From Carcharhinus amblyrhynchos (Eukaryota): a DNA stretch of 64,000 bases. Below, one piece after another: positions 47,333 through 61,220 of this stretch (its first letter is position 1; the number at the start of each line of letters is the position of its first letter). A program made the translations under genes and the position numbers. The stretch is from the NCBI GenBank assembly GCA_965287045.1, contig OZ336890.1:17980001-18044000 (forward strand), given 5' to 3'. A model generated the notes under the pieces. That model saw only the letters and a program-made list of their open reading frames with translations, searched no databases and was not told where the DNA came from.

Positions 47333-50300
47333 AATGTTATACCAGAGAGAGAGAGAGAGGGGGACCTAATGATGCCGAGTTATATTTGGTGTGTGAATTT
47401 TACTTGTAACCATTAAGTCATGCTGATCATTCCTGTAACGATTATTAATGACATGTCATTTTGTTTTATTCATTTGTGGAACAAGGGCATCGCTGGCTGG
47501 CCAGCGTTCATTGCCCATCCTTAGTTGCCCTTTATATATTTGTTTCTGTTGAGCTGCTCCAACATCAGGCTGTTTATTGATGAGTAAATGGTGAGGTAAG
47601 AAATAATATAATTGCAACCTGAGAGATTGGGACAAGCCCAAAGCCCTGGGATTAACTGTACCCACTGAATAATGGATTTGGTGTTAACCAGTGAATTGTT
47701 TTTTTCCTGGTTAGCTGATTTTTTTTACATCCAGGTCCTTCAACATTATACACCACAAGCACTCCAGGAATTAGTTAATTTAGAATCACACTGTATCCCA
47801 CCTTGAAAATAAGCATTTACTTGTCAACTTCTTGGCTCCTTTCTTCAAAGTCAGTTTGTGGGTGAGTTGCAGATAGGAGAAAAACCATTCTGCGGATTAA
47901 AATTGCCATAAAATAGAAGTTAGTCTCTGAAATTTCGCTAAAACACTTTCATTTAGTAATAGCTTCTGTATACGCCTGAGAATTACCCAGGAAACGTTAT
48001 CTATTCAAGTTGATATACCTCGATGTTGGAGCCCCAAGTGGCCAGTAATAGCGTGTAGGAGTTTCAAACTAGTTGATAAGATTGTCCAAATTACACGCTC
48101 ATAAAGAAACTAAAGATTTTCAAGAAATCTAATAGTCATGCTTTTATTACTAGCGATTAGATTGTATTTCAGAGCCTTTTGATTATGACATCCTTCTCCA
48201 GATCGTGTTGCAAATAGATCTTCAGTTAAGCTGACACTGTCCGATAATTAATATAAATTTCTATGACCTTTTCAAAACATGTTCTAACGGTCCACTATCC
48301 AAAAACTTGACTTTCCGTATTTATTGGCTTCTTACAAAGGTCTCAATGTTTTAAATTTTAATGATTGCGATGCTACAATCACACACAGTGAAAACAAATA
48401 CCCTTGCATATAGTACAGGAAGACAATGCATTTAGCTTTGATATAACAGAATGATGCTGGTTGAGAGAATGTGGTGGATGACAGTTTTTAAGCTTGTTTA
48501 TGTCTTCTTGCAGACAGAAATTGGATTGTAGTCCACCCTGAGGTAAAGGAGTCTCATTTCATCAATGGCTACTTATGATTACACGTGTTGTGAATTTTAC
48601 TGTACAGTGCCAAACTATTCCAACTTATGCTTTTGTTCAGTTTAATGAGAAGTTGAAAAGTGAGGACAATGATAACGCAGACAGATGTACCTCTATTCTC
48701 ATGAATTGTGCTTTTTTTGTCTTGGTGTAGACATGTGAAGTTTTTTTAAAATGATATATATTTTGAATTATATTTTTGCATGAATCTAGTCGACCTGTCG
48801 GCTAGACAAAACTTATTTGCTAACGGTTATGTTCTGATGAATGATTGTTATTTATTTATTTTTTAAAATTTCAGTTCACCCTCAGAGGTACACCTGAAGT
48901 ACAGGGATGAGGGGATGGGGACAGGGATTAGGGGAGGGGGGGTTGGTGAGGGGGGGGGGGCACCACTTACAGTAAAAATACAATCTCCTGGCAGGCAGTG
49001 GGAATCTGAATTTAGCAATTTTTTTTCACAATTCCATACATTCTTATGGGCTCATGGAAATTACAGCACAACTATGTTTGAAATATTGGTCCCGTTAACA
49101 GGGGGATAAGAATAACTTTATCAAGGGAATAGCCACCTACAACGTCAAATTCCTTGGTAAATTAAAATTATTTAGCAAGTAAGTATGATTTTTCAAATAA
49201 GTATGACTTTATCAAAGTAATAAAAGGTGTTTTAAAACGGTCTCATCTGAAGTCAAGTCAATAAGTACTGTACTTGAACTATCAATGCTGCCTATTCACT
49301 TCAACATATCCCTGTGGCAAACATGGTGGTGATCTGCACCACCCCTGTTCCCCTAGTACTTTTTGTGCAAATTTAAAATATGCAGTAGTTTGAACAATGG
49401 AAGCTAAGGATGCAGTTACAAACAAATTGATATTTCCGTATGAAAATGAATATAACTCAAGACCTCAAAGGAACAGTCCAAAATCGATTAGATTGATAAT
49501 CTTGCCCTGAATCAGATGTGCGAGGCAAGAGGTCCATAACCATTCCAATTTTCAGTTGGATTTCAACATTACAGCATTTGGTGATGAGACCATCTGAATT
49601 TTGGACCCTCCACAGTCAATTCACATTGGAGGTGTAATCCCCTGTTTTTTCATATTACCAAAGTGTCAGGCATCCTTTACTTGACTGTTTGTTGCATTGC
49701 TACCCAATTCTAAACAAACAAGTGTGTACACATCCTTTCTAAAAAAATGTCAAGCTTTGCAAACTTTGAGCAACATCTTTATCTTAGGAAATTCAATGCA
49801 TTACAAGTGAAGTCTGTGTTACTTTAAACACGTTTTCTGGCTGTTATGAGTGCCTGGAAGAATGTAAAATCATCCCAAGTGTTCAAAAGATATTTTACAG
49901 CTAGAACTGTAAGCAAAATATTTTGAAAGAGAAAATAGCGAATAAGGACAGAGGATTGAGCTAAAAATTTGCCAAAGATAAACTGAGGAGTTCCATTGAG
50001 GGAGTGACAGCTACAGTGGGATCCATTCTCCAGTTGATCAGCGGGAGAGTTTTTGGTTTTAAAATACAGTTAAAAGAAAAACATTTTTTGAATGACTATG
50101 TCCTTTCTGCACATTCATATAAGGTATAGATGTTCAGTTGGGGAAATGTACAGACTAATTGTTGTTTCATTTGTGACAATTTCAAATAAATTAAAAATCT
50201 GTAATCTTGCAATAAGAAATGTTTGGTTTTGCTAGAGGAATTATACCGAGCTTCTCAAATGCCAGATTATATAACCTCTGAAAATATATGTATTATATGT

Positions 50301-51039
50301 GCCTGAGGCAATATTTGTAGCTCTGAAGTCACATATTAAATATGCAGACACTTGTTTAATGTGGACAGGATTTCCTTACCGTGTTCCTATGCCTTATGAT
50401 TGGTTGTGGAATGTAAAGATATGTATCGTGTAGGATATTTCACTTTCTATTTCAGTACATCACTCCTTTCGTTGCTCTCAAGTTTGCTTTTAGAAAACTT
50501 CAAGTCTTGTTGTCACCTGCATATATGGCCTGGGCATAATTGTTGCCTTGTGCCAAAGTCATTGTAACACTGATACCCTAGAATATATTTCAAACTTTCA
50601 AAATTAATTGTCCAGGAAATAAATCCAATACATTGATAGACAACAGCCCTATGATGATCAACTTCAGTCTGGTCTTGAAACAGAGTGTCAAGGTTATCAC
50701 CACGTAGTTTTGCTCTACTACGCTCTGATGTCAATCATAAGCATTGCATATGAAGTTTCACATCGCCTAATCATTATATTCTCCATACATTGTGTACTTA
50801 ATTCTCCAATAATTCATAGTCATAAATATCATAGAAATAATACATATTCTAAATCATAAATGCATTATTTCTCTTGAATCATCCTTTCTCCAAAATGTAC
50901 TAACAGAGTAAGAAAGGTTTTCATCCTTGTAACAGTATTATTGATGAATTCACATACATTATTCTGAGGATTCAGATCACAGGTTTAGACTACAAAAATG
51001 TCATGGGAAGTCAGCTGACCCACTTGAAGAACATTGCAG

Positions 51040-52720
51040 CTTAGGACTTCCAGAAGGTATTCAATAAAATTTCATGAAAGCATATTGTCTAAAATTAAAG
51101 CTTGGAGAATTTAAGGCAGATTACCCGCCTGACTTGAAGATTGGTTAAGTGATAGAAACAGAGATAATGTGCGTATGCTTGAATTAGAAGGAAGTGACGA
51201 GTGGGATTAGTGGAGTTCCATGAGGATCAGTGCTAGGGCCTCAATTATTCATTATCTTTATTAATGACTTAGGTAACACTGTCGAGAGCAATGTATCCAC
51301 GTTTGTTGATAACACAAAGCTTGGTGGCATGGTAAATCATGCAGATACGAGCATAAAATACATTGAAAAGCAGAGCGTGGCAAACATTGAGGCTTGACCT
51401 TATTTATTTTGGACCAAACAGAATAGGTTTTCTGACTTTTTTAAAGGGTTAAATCTAAGAATGACACAGAACCAAATAAATTTAGGAAGCCATGTACACT
51501 GATCACTGAAGTATAGCTGTCAGGTACAAAAATAATTTTTATAAACTATTGGAATGTTAATGGAATAAGGATGTTTTATCACAGCTTCACTAAGCCCTAG
51601 TTACTGAGTACTGAATATAGTTATAGACATTGCACATTAGAATGGACAAATTGGTTTTGGAAAGGGTGTGTACTCACTAGAATGCCACCAGCCTCCAAGA
51701 AGCAAATTATCTGGGTAGATTATGTAAATTAGGCTAGGTTAGTAGTTCCAGGAATAACAAGGTTCAAGGGGTGATTTTATTAAGATATTTTAGAATGCTG
51801 CAAATAATTGATGGGGTAGCTGGAAATGTTGATGGGGGGAATCAAGGACTTAAAATCCAAACCAGCCAATTTAGGAGTAATGCTAGGAACATAGGAACAA
51901 GGGTAGGCCATTCAGCCCATCAAACCTGTTCCGCTATTTAACATGATCATGGCTAATCGGACACTTCAGTTCCTTTTGCACTCGTTATCCCCAGAACCCT
52001 TTACTTTATTGCTTATCAGGCATCCATCAATCTCTGTTTTAAACATAAATGATGATTGAGCTTCTGGCTGTTCAAGAATTACTTCTCTTCATGTAAAAGA
52101 TGGAACAATCTGCCATAGAAACGCAGCAGCTGGTAGTTTAATTAATTTAAATCTGAGATTAGATTTTGTCAGCCATGGGTAACAAGGAACTATCTCCTCC
52201 ACCTCCACTCCAGTTCCATTTATTTTATTTCAATTCTTCTTTTGATCTTATTAATCCCTTTTTATTACTTTATATTCTCATTTTTAATTTTCTACTTCTA
52301 TATCTTGCTTTCCAACTGGTTTCACGCCTCCACCCCATTTGGGCCATCAGTCTGCACCTTTTGTTATATCACTTACATATTCCAACCTCTTAATGGATGC
52401 TCTTGGCATCATTCCTAGCCTTTATCATCACTATTTACATTCCCCTTTTTGTCCATCCCCCTATCAATTACAGCCCCCTCCCCTTCGCATTATAGATCAT
52501 GTTCTATTTTCCTTGTCTTCATCTCTCTCAATGGATCATCCAGGCTCGAAATGTTGGCTCTAATCTCTCGCCACAGATGCTGTCTGACCGCTAAGACTTT
52601 CCATTTTTGCTTCTGAACCAGGGTGGGTTGATGGAATTAGGATGAAGATCATCCAGGGATTCATCGAATGGCAGGACAGGCTTGATGGGCTGAATGGCCA
52701 GCTCCTCATCCTGTGTTCCT
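51040..52720 (+). mobile_element. Old CR1 LINE with nested inverted CR1 tail (~51886-52060) and Penelope-type remnant (~52190-52610)
   Basis: GACTTCCAGAAGGTATTCAATAAA; GGATCAGTGCTAGGGCCTCAATTATTC; GGGGTGATTTTATT; GGGCTGAATGGCC tail. Confidence 0.65.
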
Positions 52721-53056
52721 GCAGCAGCTGCCTTAAGCTGCATTCGTTTCCCGGTTAAGGCAAGAACTCAGTCTATTACTTGAGATTTCTGGTCTCACAT
52801 ATTATATGTGGCTGTATATTACCTATTCACCTTTAAGTATCTTGTATTAGTGTTTGCCAGTGAATTAATGGGCAAGTGGATAATTACAGAAGTTGCTGTG
52901 ATTGGAACAGAGAGGTTTACAACTTTTAGTAACACGAGACAAATCAGTCCAACAGGTCAGCTGCAAAATAAGCTTTAAAGATGTGTTTTTGTTTGTTTAG
53001 CATCTATGTTCCTGTTTGGATAATGCACCTTCATTAAAGTGAGCTATTTTAATGAT

Positions 53057-53337
53057 AAAGTTTATTTATTAGTGTCACGAGTTAGCCTGCACTGACAATG
53101 CAATGAAGTTATTGTGAAAATCCCCTAGTCGCCACACTCCGGCACCAGGTACACTGAGGGAGAATTTAGCATAACCAGCGTCTCTTTCGGACTATGGGGG
53201 GAAACTGGAGCACCCGGAGGAAACCCATGCAGAGAATGTGCGAGCTCCATGTAGATAGTGACCCAAACTGGGAACTGAACACAGGTCCCTGGTGCTGTGA
53301 GGCAGCAGTGCTAACCACTGTGCTACCTTGCCACCCC
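53057..53337 (-). mobile_element. V-SINE type B
   Basis: AAAGTTTATTTATTAGTGTCAC tail; CTGGAGCACCCGGAGGAAACCCA; GCAGCAGTGCTAACCACTGTGC head. Confidence 0.82.
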
Positions 53338-55277
53338 ACAGATAAAGACAAGAGTTATAATCAATAGATTTGGAAACTCCCACATAGAGTTGGTCATATT
53401 GCTTTTATTTATTTTATTGATACATCACATATGTCTTTGTGAATGAGAAGTTTCCTTCTATATATTGTGTCACTTCACCCTGATGATTCTTGTGCTCTTT
53501 CAGGGCCCATTTTTCATTCACATAAACCAGATTATTACATTACTTAAAACACATTCCAAGTTGTTTACAGGATGGTGCAGTAGAGTTTTTCAGCGTATGA
53601 TTTTGATGACTTATGGCACAGGATGTCAAAAATTTTATAATTCAGATTCTTGAACCTCTTTCAGAAGTAAGGTGCTCTGTACCTTTAACATTCTGAGCCA
53701 TTTCTGAGAGATCTGATAAACTGGGTGGTGAGGTAAATAGCCATAATCCATGGTTATATATAGAGATACGATTAGGGTTTATGTAAATACAGACCTTTCT
53801 TATTACCAGTAATTGCAGCTATTTATGTTTTGAGGGAGGAGGCCTTGACCCATGAAATGTCACCTTCAGAGCACTCCGATAATACAAGCTGTGAATATCG
53901 AGTCTCAAAAACAGAATTCAAAGTCTCATTCTCAATCAAAAAGGCTTTAGGTTCGATTTTCAATAGTTTAGGAATAAATTTTAATCTGGTCACATCTCAA
54001 AACGATTTGCAACTACTGCAAGTTAAATAATGTGGAAATCAGTATGTTTGCATACACAAATATGTTTGATATATATGGATATATCATGAACTCCAATGAC
54101 GCGGGTGGCACGGAAGTGAATTCTCCAAAATTTTAATTGCTCCATTACAGACTTGAAAATACACAGGGCAGTAATATAGGAAATTATGATTTAATAATGG
54201 AGAAATGCAATATTAACATTGTAGGGGGGGCTCTCCTTCGAGGCAATGTGTCACTCTACAGAGACTACCCTCTCCCCAACACACCCATCCTCAGCACACA
54301 CACACACACGCATATACAAACACACATGCACACGTCAGCTTTTGCAATGCTTTTAGTTTAGTTGGCAAAGCTCCAAATTCAAAGCAGTATCCACGTTCTC
54401 TACAAAAGGCTGATTGTGAGGCGCTGGAGTACAAAAGCAACCCCCCGCCCCTCCCCACCAAAAACAAAGCAAAAAGAGTGCTTCAAAAATTGGTGCCATG
54501 GGCATTGTTCCAAGAACCTCTATACAATCACAATCGTCCAGTAAAGGGCTCAGAGCTTTGGACTTTTCAAGCAACTTTCGACATGAATTAATCAAGGTTC
54601 CCAGCTCCGGATTGAGTGTACACATAATTTTTTTCACCATGAAACAACTGAGGAATGTGGAGAGGAGATAAAGTGTTTGAATGGCTGTCATGATCTGAAA
54701 AAAAATGTTTGCTTAATGCCCAACAAATGTATGTAAAATTGTTTGAATGTGCAATTTTTGTCTTTTTATTAAAAGATACCACTATCTGTTTTATATTTTG
54801 TCGCCAATGACCAAGATGTGATATGTTTGCTTCTCATCTATATTTAACTCTATATTGGTGCAGTTTTGTACATTAAAAGTGCAAATGATTTTAAACTTTA
54901 GGAAGTGAATTCTTTAGCATTCTTTGCAGCAGGGAAGGCATGTTGCATCAGAATTAATTTGATCACCTACAGGTTCACCTCAAGTTGAAGTGAATGGTGA
55001 ATGCCACTTCTATTGACTTTAGACTTCATGGAAATACATTGAAATTGTAACACAGAAGCAGCTTTTTCAATCCAACCGGTCGTGCTGCCATTTATTCTTC
55101 ACATGAGCCCATAGTCCTAATCACATTTACACACCTTGTTTTCAGTGTTTCATCTGTGTCGTCTTAACGTAGATTCTACTTCATCCAATATCACTGGAAG
55201 TCAATTCCAAAGCTCCACGATACTCTGCATTTCATGCTTTCTGTTATAAGTCTATGAATATTGACTTCTCATTTTAA

Positions 55278-55585
55278 AATCATAGAAACCCTATAGTGCA
55301 GAAAGAGGCCATTCGGCCCATCAAGTCTGCACTGACCACAATCCTACCCAGGCCCCACTCCCTGATCCCTACATATTTACCCGCTAAACTATGCATCTCA
55401 GGAGACTAAGAGGCAATCTTAGCATGGCCAATCATCCTAACCCACACATCTTTGGACTGTGGGAGGAAACCCACACAGACACAAGGAGAATGTGCAAGCT
55501 CCACACAGACAGTGACCCAAGCCAGGAATCAAACCCAGGACCCTGGAGCTGTGAAGCAGCAGTGCTAACCACGGTGCTACTGTGC
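55278..55585 (-). mobile_element. HE1/V-SINE-like element, type A
   Basis: ATCATAGAAACCCTATAGTGCAG tail through GCAGCAGTGCTAACCAC head. Confidence 0.82.
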
Positions 55586-57174
55586 AATGATCATGCGGAG
55601 GGACTCGGGGGCCATCAAACCTCTGGATGGTTGGGTCATGGCCGGGCAGTGCCCATTGGGCCCAATTGAGGGCAACTAGTGCGCACTGATGCTTTGATAT
55701 AACAGGTGGCAGGCAAGGCCCACCCAATGTGTAGCTCAGCAGGTTTAACCCTGAAGGCGGTTTGTCAGTGAAGAGCGTTGCCTCCTTCCTGGACCCTCCG
55801 TGTTAATTGGAGGTCATCCTCCTGTGTTCGCCTTCCCTCCCACCCAAGCAGCCTCTCAGCTTTAGTCCCAGTGAGGTCTCAGATGTACCTGAATGTCTGT
55901 CATTGAATATTACTTCTTTGATCTACGTGCAGTGGCTGGCACTTAATGCTCGCTGCGCCCGTGTGAAGAGCTGCTGACTTCTGATGGGCCAACAGAATAA
56001 TGTCAAAAAACTAACCCAAGGTGAGCCAGCTCGTAGGAAGCAGTCTTGTCCCTATAATTTATGCTGGGATGTAGGAGCCTTCCCTCAGCATAAAAATCCA
56101 ATGTCTGAAGTTCATTCTGTTGGATTTTAGTGTTTCACCTTCCTTTAGCTGTCTTCATTTTATTTTTGTCCACCATAATGTTGCTCCCCATGCTCTCAAC
56201 CTCTGTCAGCATTGACCTCCTCTCTGATCTTCCACTCTTTAGTGAAGACCTCTGGAAAGTTGTAACTGGCATTGGTTTGATCATCATCTACAAACTGACA
56301 AGATTCTCCTCTTAGGGATTTTCACGTCAGTTTTAATGATTCTTACTGATTTACTCATAAAACATTTTCATCTTCAGAACCAGAGCTAGCAACACCTTTG
56401 TGAACAGCCTTTGTGAATTGACTAATGTATGGCTTGAGGAAGGAATTCTGCAGTTTGTAGGAATTCCGTTCTAAACCTCTGTTACCCCTCTGTTGCTCAA
56501 TCAGCAAGTAAGTACTGGAGACCTTCCTTTGCTTTTCTTAACCCCACTCTTTAATCTGATTGCAGTTCTTTGGTGTACACTAACTTTCTTCACAAAATAA
56601 ATTCCCCCTTTCATCAATATTGCCACTCTTCCTCCTTTCTTTCATTCCTCAATATGTTATATCCCAATATATTTATTTTCTATTCTCTACAGGTTTTACT
56701 CAGATTTATATTCATGCTATTGAGTCTAGATCTTATGGGTTGCCAGCGTGATCAGCTTCACTGACGGGGGATGGAGATTGGGGTGATATCCAGGGGGGAA
56801 TTGAGCTGGTATCCAGGGGGGTTTGTGGGATGATTGGCTAGGAGGTCAGTGACTGGGAGGAGTGGGGGGACAATATCTGGGCCGGGTTGGTGGGGGGGGG
56901 TGTGGTGGCAGTGAATGATCTCTCTGTTCTGTTGCACACTGAGAATCTGCGCAGGTGTGATAGCGCTCTCTAGTACGAGCAGCTGGCTTTTCAATGAGGA
57001 AAAGTCTCCATCGACTCTCATTACTGCCGTGAATCACACTTTGCCTTTTAATTTGCAAACCTCTCCCATTTTCATGCTCATTTGGCACTTAGAAATTTTT
57101 TGGTAAAATCATCCCCTATATTACTTATACTTTGAACTATAGAGATATTCTCTTGTTATTCTTCTTCAAAATTT

Positions 57175-57340
57175 AGAAGTTTATTTATTAATTTATTTAT
57201 TACTGTCACAAATAGGCTTACAATAACACTGCAATGAAGTTACTGTGAAAATCCTTTAGTTGCCACACTCTGGCACCTGTTTGGGTACAATGAGGGAGAA
57301 TTTAGCATGGTCAGTGTACCTAATCAGCATGACTTTCAGA
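57175..57340 (-). mobile_element. V-SINE type-B 3' fragment
   Basis: AGTTTATTTATTA...CACTGCAATGAAGTTACTGTGAAAATCC. Confidence 0.72.
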
Positions 57341-57789
57341 CTCATTTCCCTTATGTCCCACTGCATTCTGCACAGAATTACAATCCTGAGAGTAAGCAGT
57401 CCATAGTTACTCCAAGCTTCCAATGGATTTTGTATCCTGATTTCACCAAGTAGTAAGTTCAAGTGACCACTTGTGTGCACTTCCCTCAGTTTTCAGAGAG
57501 TCTCTTCAATTCACCACCAGCAGAAAAGCCTGTGGCAATAATTCTTCATCAGCTTGGCAAGGGTAGGAAAAATCTCAGCATCCATAGAAGGCCGCAGGAT
57601 GCATTTCCTCGACTGGAGACCAATCTCCATATTGCATCTGGTTGTGGAGCTTAGAAAGCTGAGCAACCTTTTCTCTCTGCTGCCCACACAGGACTGTTAT
57701 GTAAGATTTGTTGATTTGTAGGAAGCCTGTAGTCTGATCTCAAAAATGGTTGCCGTTGCCTTTCTCTACATGGCAGCATGAAACACATT

Positions 57790-57997
57790 GGCCAGAATTC
57801 TCCAACTGTTCACAGCAGCAGGATTCTCCAGTCCCGCCTGCAGCCCACTTCAGTTGTGGATTTTGTGGTGGCGGGGGTGACATCAGTGGGAAATCCCATT
57901 GATAGCGGTGGCACTGGAAAATCCTGCCGCTAGTGAACGGCCTGCTGCCTTCCACCACTGGAAAACATGCAGCTGGGAGTCTGGAGAATCTTGCCCA
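57790..57997. mobile_element. MITE with terminal inverted repeats
   Basis: TGGCCAGAATTCTCCA ... TGGAGAATCTTGCCCA. Confidence 0.6.
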
Positions 57998-58118
57998 TTA
58001 ACCTTGCATCTAGATAGAAATGCCATTTGGCTGTCCTTGGTCCCAACTTCTTTTCATATTAGCAGTACATGAATAGTTGACAGCACCCGATACCTACAAC
58101 ACCTCTTTGGGACTTCGT

Positions 58119-58865
58119 GGGCCCAATTTTCAGGCACAAACACTTGGTAAAATCAGGCTTGTAGCGAGTAACATGAATCGTGCCCGCCTCCATGCCGGTT
58201 CCCCTTTTACCAATGCCTGAAAATGGCTGTGATTGGGACCACATCCAAAATGGGCGCAAAGGCCATTTAAATGCATTTGCATGCATATAAATTGACTTAA
58301 TGGGCTGCACGTCCAACCTTACTGGTACTTCCCCCTTTAACCACTGCGTTCGCCCATTCGGAATCAGCACGAAACAGACATGCTCCTTAAAAGTCTGATT
58401 CAGGCGCTCCAGTTAGTGAGGAGGTAAGTGCTGAGGATCTGAGGGCTCTCTGTTTGAGATCTGTTGGGGAGGAAGGTGGGTGCACTGTCACCCTGCCTGA
58501 GATCAGCGGAGGTGAAGAAGGGATTGATCTGGTGGATGGAGTATGGGGATAAGGGTTCAGTGGTGTTGTGGGGATGGGGGAATGTCTATGGGGGACAGAG
58601 GAAGGCATTATCCAGCCCAGAAGCGATGTGGCAGGAGAGCCACATTCTATCAATTTTTTTTCTGCACATGCGCAGTTGGAGGCTCCGATTGGAGCTGCAG
58701 GATTTCAGACGTGTTAAGCACTGCCCATAGGCTTGTGATTCGGAATCACTGATATTTTTTCAGTGCATATGGGGGCGCCTGAGAACGGGTCTAAAAGTTA
58801 GATTTGAAACACTCCCAGTTTCAAGTCCGCCCAGCGCTTAGAATCTAAATGGTGAAGTAGAGCCC
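58119..58865. mobile_element. Probable non-autonomous DNA transposon (GGGC...GCCC termini)
   Basis: GGGCCCAATTTTCA start and GGTGAAGTAGAGCCC end; GC/CpG-richer than the flanks; internal CATTTAAATGCATTTGCATGCAT. Confidence 0.45.
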
Positions 58866-59269
58866 TGTGTGTCTCAGATGAGGACTCAGAGACTGCTGCC
58901 ATTGTGTCCAACAAAATATACCTTACACATTCTTCCCAGTACAACAATCCAAGCCTTGCTTTGATCCCTAATATATAAATCAGACAGGCTTACTGTCAGA
59001 AGTCTGCAGAATAGGTAACATGATCCCCTTCACTGACCCAAAATATAAAGAAGTCCCAAAACGTAATAAACTTATAAATTTTGTAATTCCAATATGCTGT
59101 TCATGAACAATCTGAATGAGCAGATCCATACATATACCCTATATCACAGTGTTTAAAGCAACATTGGGGAATAAGCACTGGAAGTTGGCAGAAACATCTA
59201 GGTTTACCTAAGATCATATTACACAGAAAAGCCTGTATTTATATAACAATTTTCATGGCTACTTAGATG

Positions 59270-59665
59270 TCTCAAAATATGCTATAACCAATGAAGTACT
59301 TTTGAAGGATAGTCACTGTTGTAATGCAACTAACATGACAGCCAAGGTGTACACAACAAGTTCCCACAAACAGTCCCGTGAGAAAGAACAGAGAATCTGG
59401 ATTTGTGATGTTAATTGAGGAATAAGTATTGGCCCAGACACTGGGAATAGTTACCCTGCCCTTCTTCAGAATAGTGCCATGGGAATCTTTCACATAATCA
59501 CAGCAAGTCGACAAGGCCTTTATTTAAATCCCATCCAATAGGCAACATCTCTAACATTGCAACTCACCCTCAGTAAAGCACTGAAGGATCAGCCTTGATA
59601 TTTGTGGTCAAGTCCTGGAGTGGGAATTGAACCTAGAATCTTGTGAAGCAGAGGCAAAGAATAAC
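59270..59665 (-). mobile_element. Deu-type SINE, near full length
   Basis: CTTCTTCAGAATAGTGCCATGGGAATCTTT Deu core; AGTCCTGGAGTGGGAATTGAACC B-box. Confidence 0.65.
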
Positions 59666-61220
59666 AAATTTGTTTGAATTTTTTAAGGAGGTGACCACGG
59701 GTGTAGATGAAGTGAAAAGTATTGTTTCTTGCAAGCTATTCAGACAAAACATGCCGTTCATAGAGAAGGAAACAAGAGAGTGCAGAATGTAGTGTTACAC
59801 TCATAGCTAGGGTGTAGAGAAAGATCAACTTAATGCAAGGTAAGTCCATTCAAAAGTCTGACAGCAGCAGGGAAGAAGCTGTTCTTGAGTTGGTTGGTAC
59901 GTGACCTCAGGCTTTGTATCTTTTTCCCAAAGGAAGAAGGTGAAAGAGAGATGGGTAGTGCAGTTGATGTAGTTTACTTGGATGTCAGCAAAGCCTTTGA
60001 TAAGGTCCCACATGGGAGACTTGTAAAGAAGGTAAATTCACCTGGGTTACAGGATAATTTGATAAAGTGGAATCAAAATTGGCTCAGTTGTAGGAGACAG
60101 AGGGTGATGACAGAAGGTTGCTTTAGTAACTGGAAGCCAGTGCCCAGTGGTATACCACAGGGATCTGTGTTGTGCCCCCCCCCATTATTTGTCATTTATA
60201 TAAATGACATTGATGTGGAGGGTAGGATTAGTAAGTTTGCAGATGACACAAAGATGGGCTGTGTGGTTAACACTGAGATGGAGTGTCTTGGGCTACGAGA
60301 AGATATAGATGGAATGGTCAAATGGGCAGATAAGTGGCAGATGGAATTTAACCCTGAAAAGTGGGAGAGTTTACATTTTGGAAGGAGTAATTTGATAAGG
60401 AAGTACTCAATGAATGATAGGACATTAGGAAGTTGGGTGAACAAAGCAACCTCTGTGTGTTTGTCCACAGATCTCTGAAGGCGGAAGGGCATGTTAGTAG
60501 GGTGGTGAAAAAGGCATATGGGAACATTTGCCTTCAATTAATCAAGACACAGATTACAAAAGCAGGGAAGTCATGTTGGAGCTGTATAGAACATTGATGA
60601 GGCCACGGCTAGTTTACTGTGTGCACTTCTGGTCACCACATTAGCAGAACAAAGAACAAAGAACAATACAGCACGGGAAACAGGCCCTTTGGCCCAATGA
60701 GCCTGCGAAGGATGTGATTGCACTGGAGGAGATGCAGAGGAAATTCATCATGATGCTCCATGGGATGGAACACTCAAGATATGAAGAAAGGTTGTGTAGA
60801 TTTGGATTCTCTTCATTGGAGCAGAGAAGACTGAGGGGTGACCTAATTGAGGTGTACAAGATTATGAGAGACATGGACAGAGAGGATAAGGAGCAGCTGT
60901 TCCATTTAGTTGAAGGTTCAATCACGAGGGGACATGGGTTTAAGGTGAGGGTCAGGAGGTTTAGGGGGGATGCGAGCAAAAGCTATTTTACCCCAAGAGT
61001 GGTGATGGTCTGGAGTGTGCTGCCTGGAAGAGTGATAGAGGCCAGTTGCCTCACATCCTTTAAAAAGTATCTGCATAAGCAGTTGGTACATCATAACGTT
61101 CAGGGCTATAGCTAAAGTGCTGGCAGGTGGGATTAGGTGGGATTTCAAGTGTTTCTAATATGTCAGTGTGGACTTGATGGGTCGAAGGGCCACTGCTGTA
61201 TGATGCTATTCTATGAATAC
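59666..61220 (+). mobile_element. CR1 LINE 3' part with nested antisense Rex1 tail (~59711-59935) and antisense CR1 tail (~60645-60706)
   Basis: [17 protein letters not shown]...SGIPQGSVL...KFADDTK...RLRGDLIEVYKIM; tail GGGTCGAAGGGCC...TTCTATGA. Confidence 0.9.
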
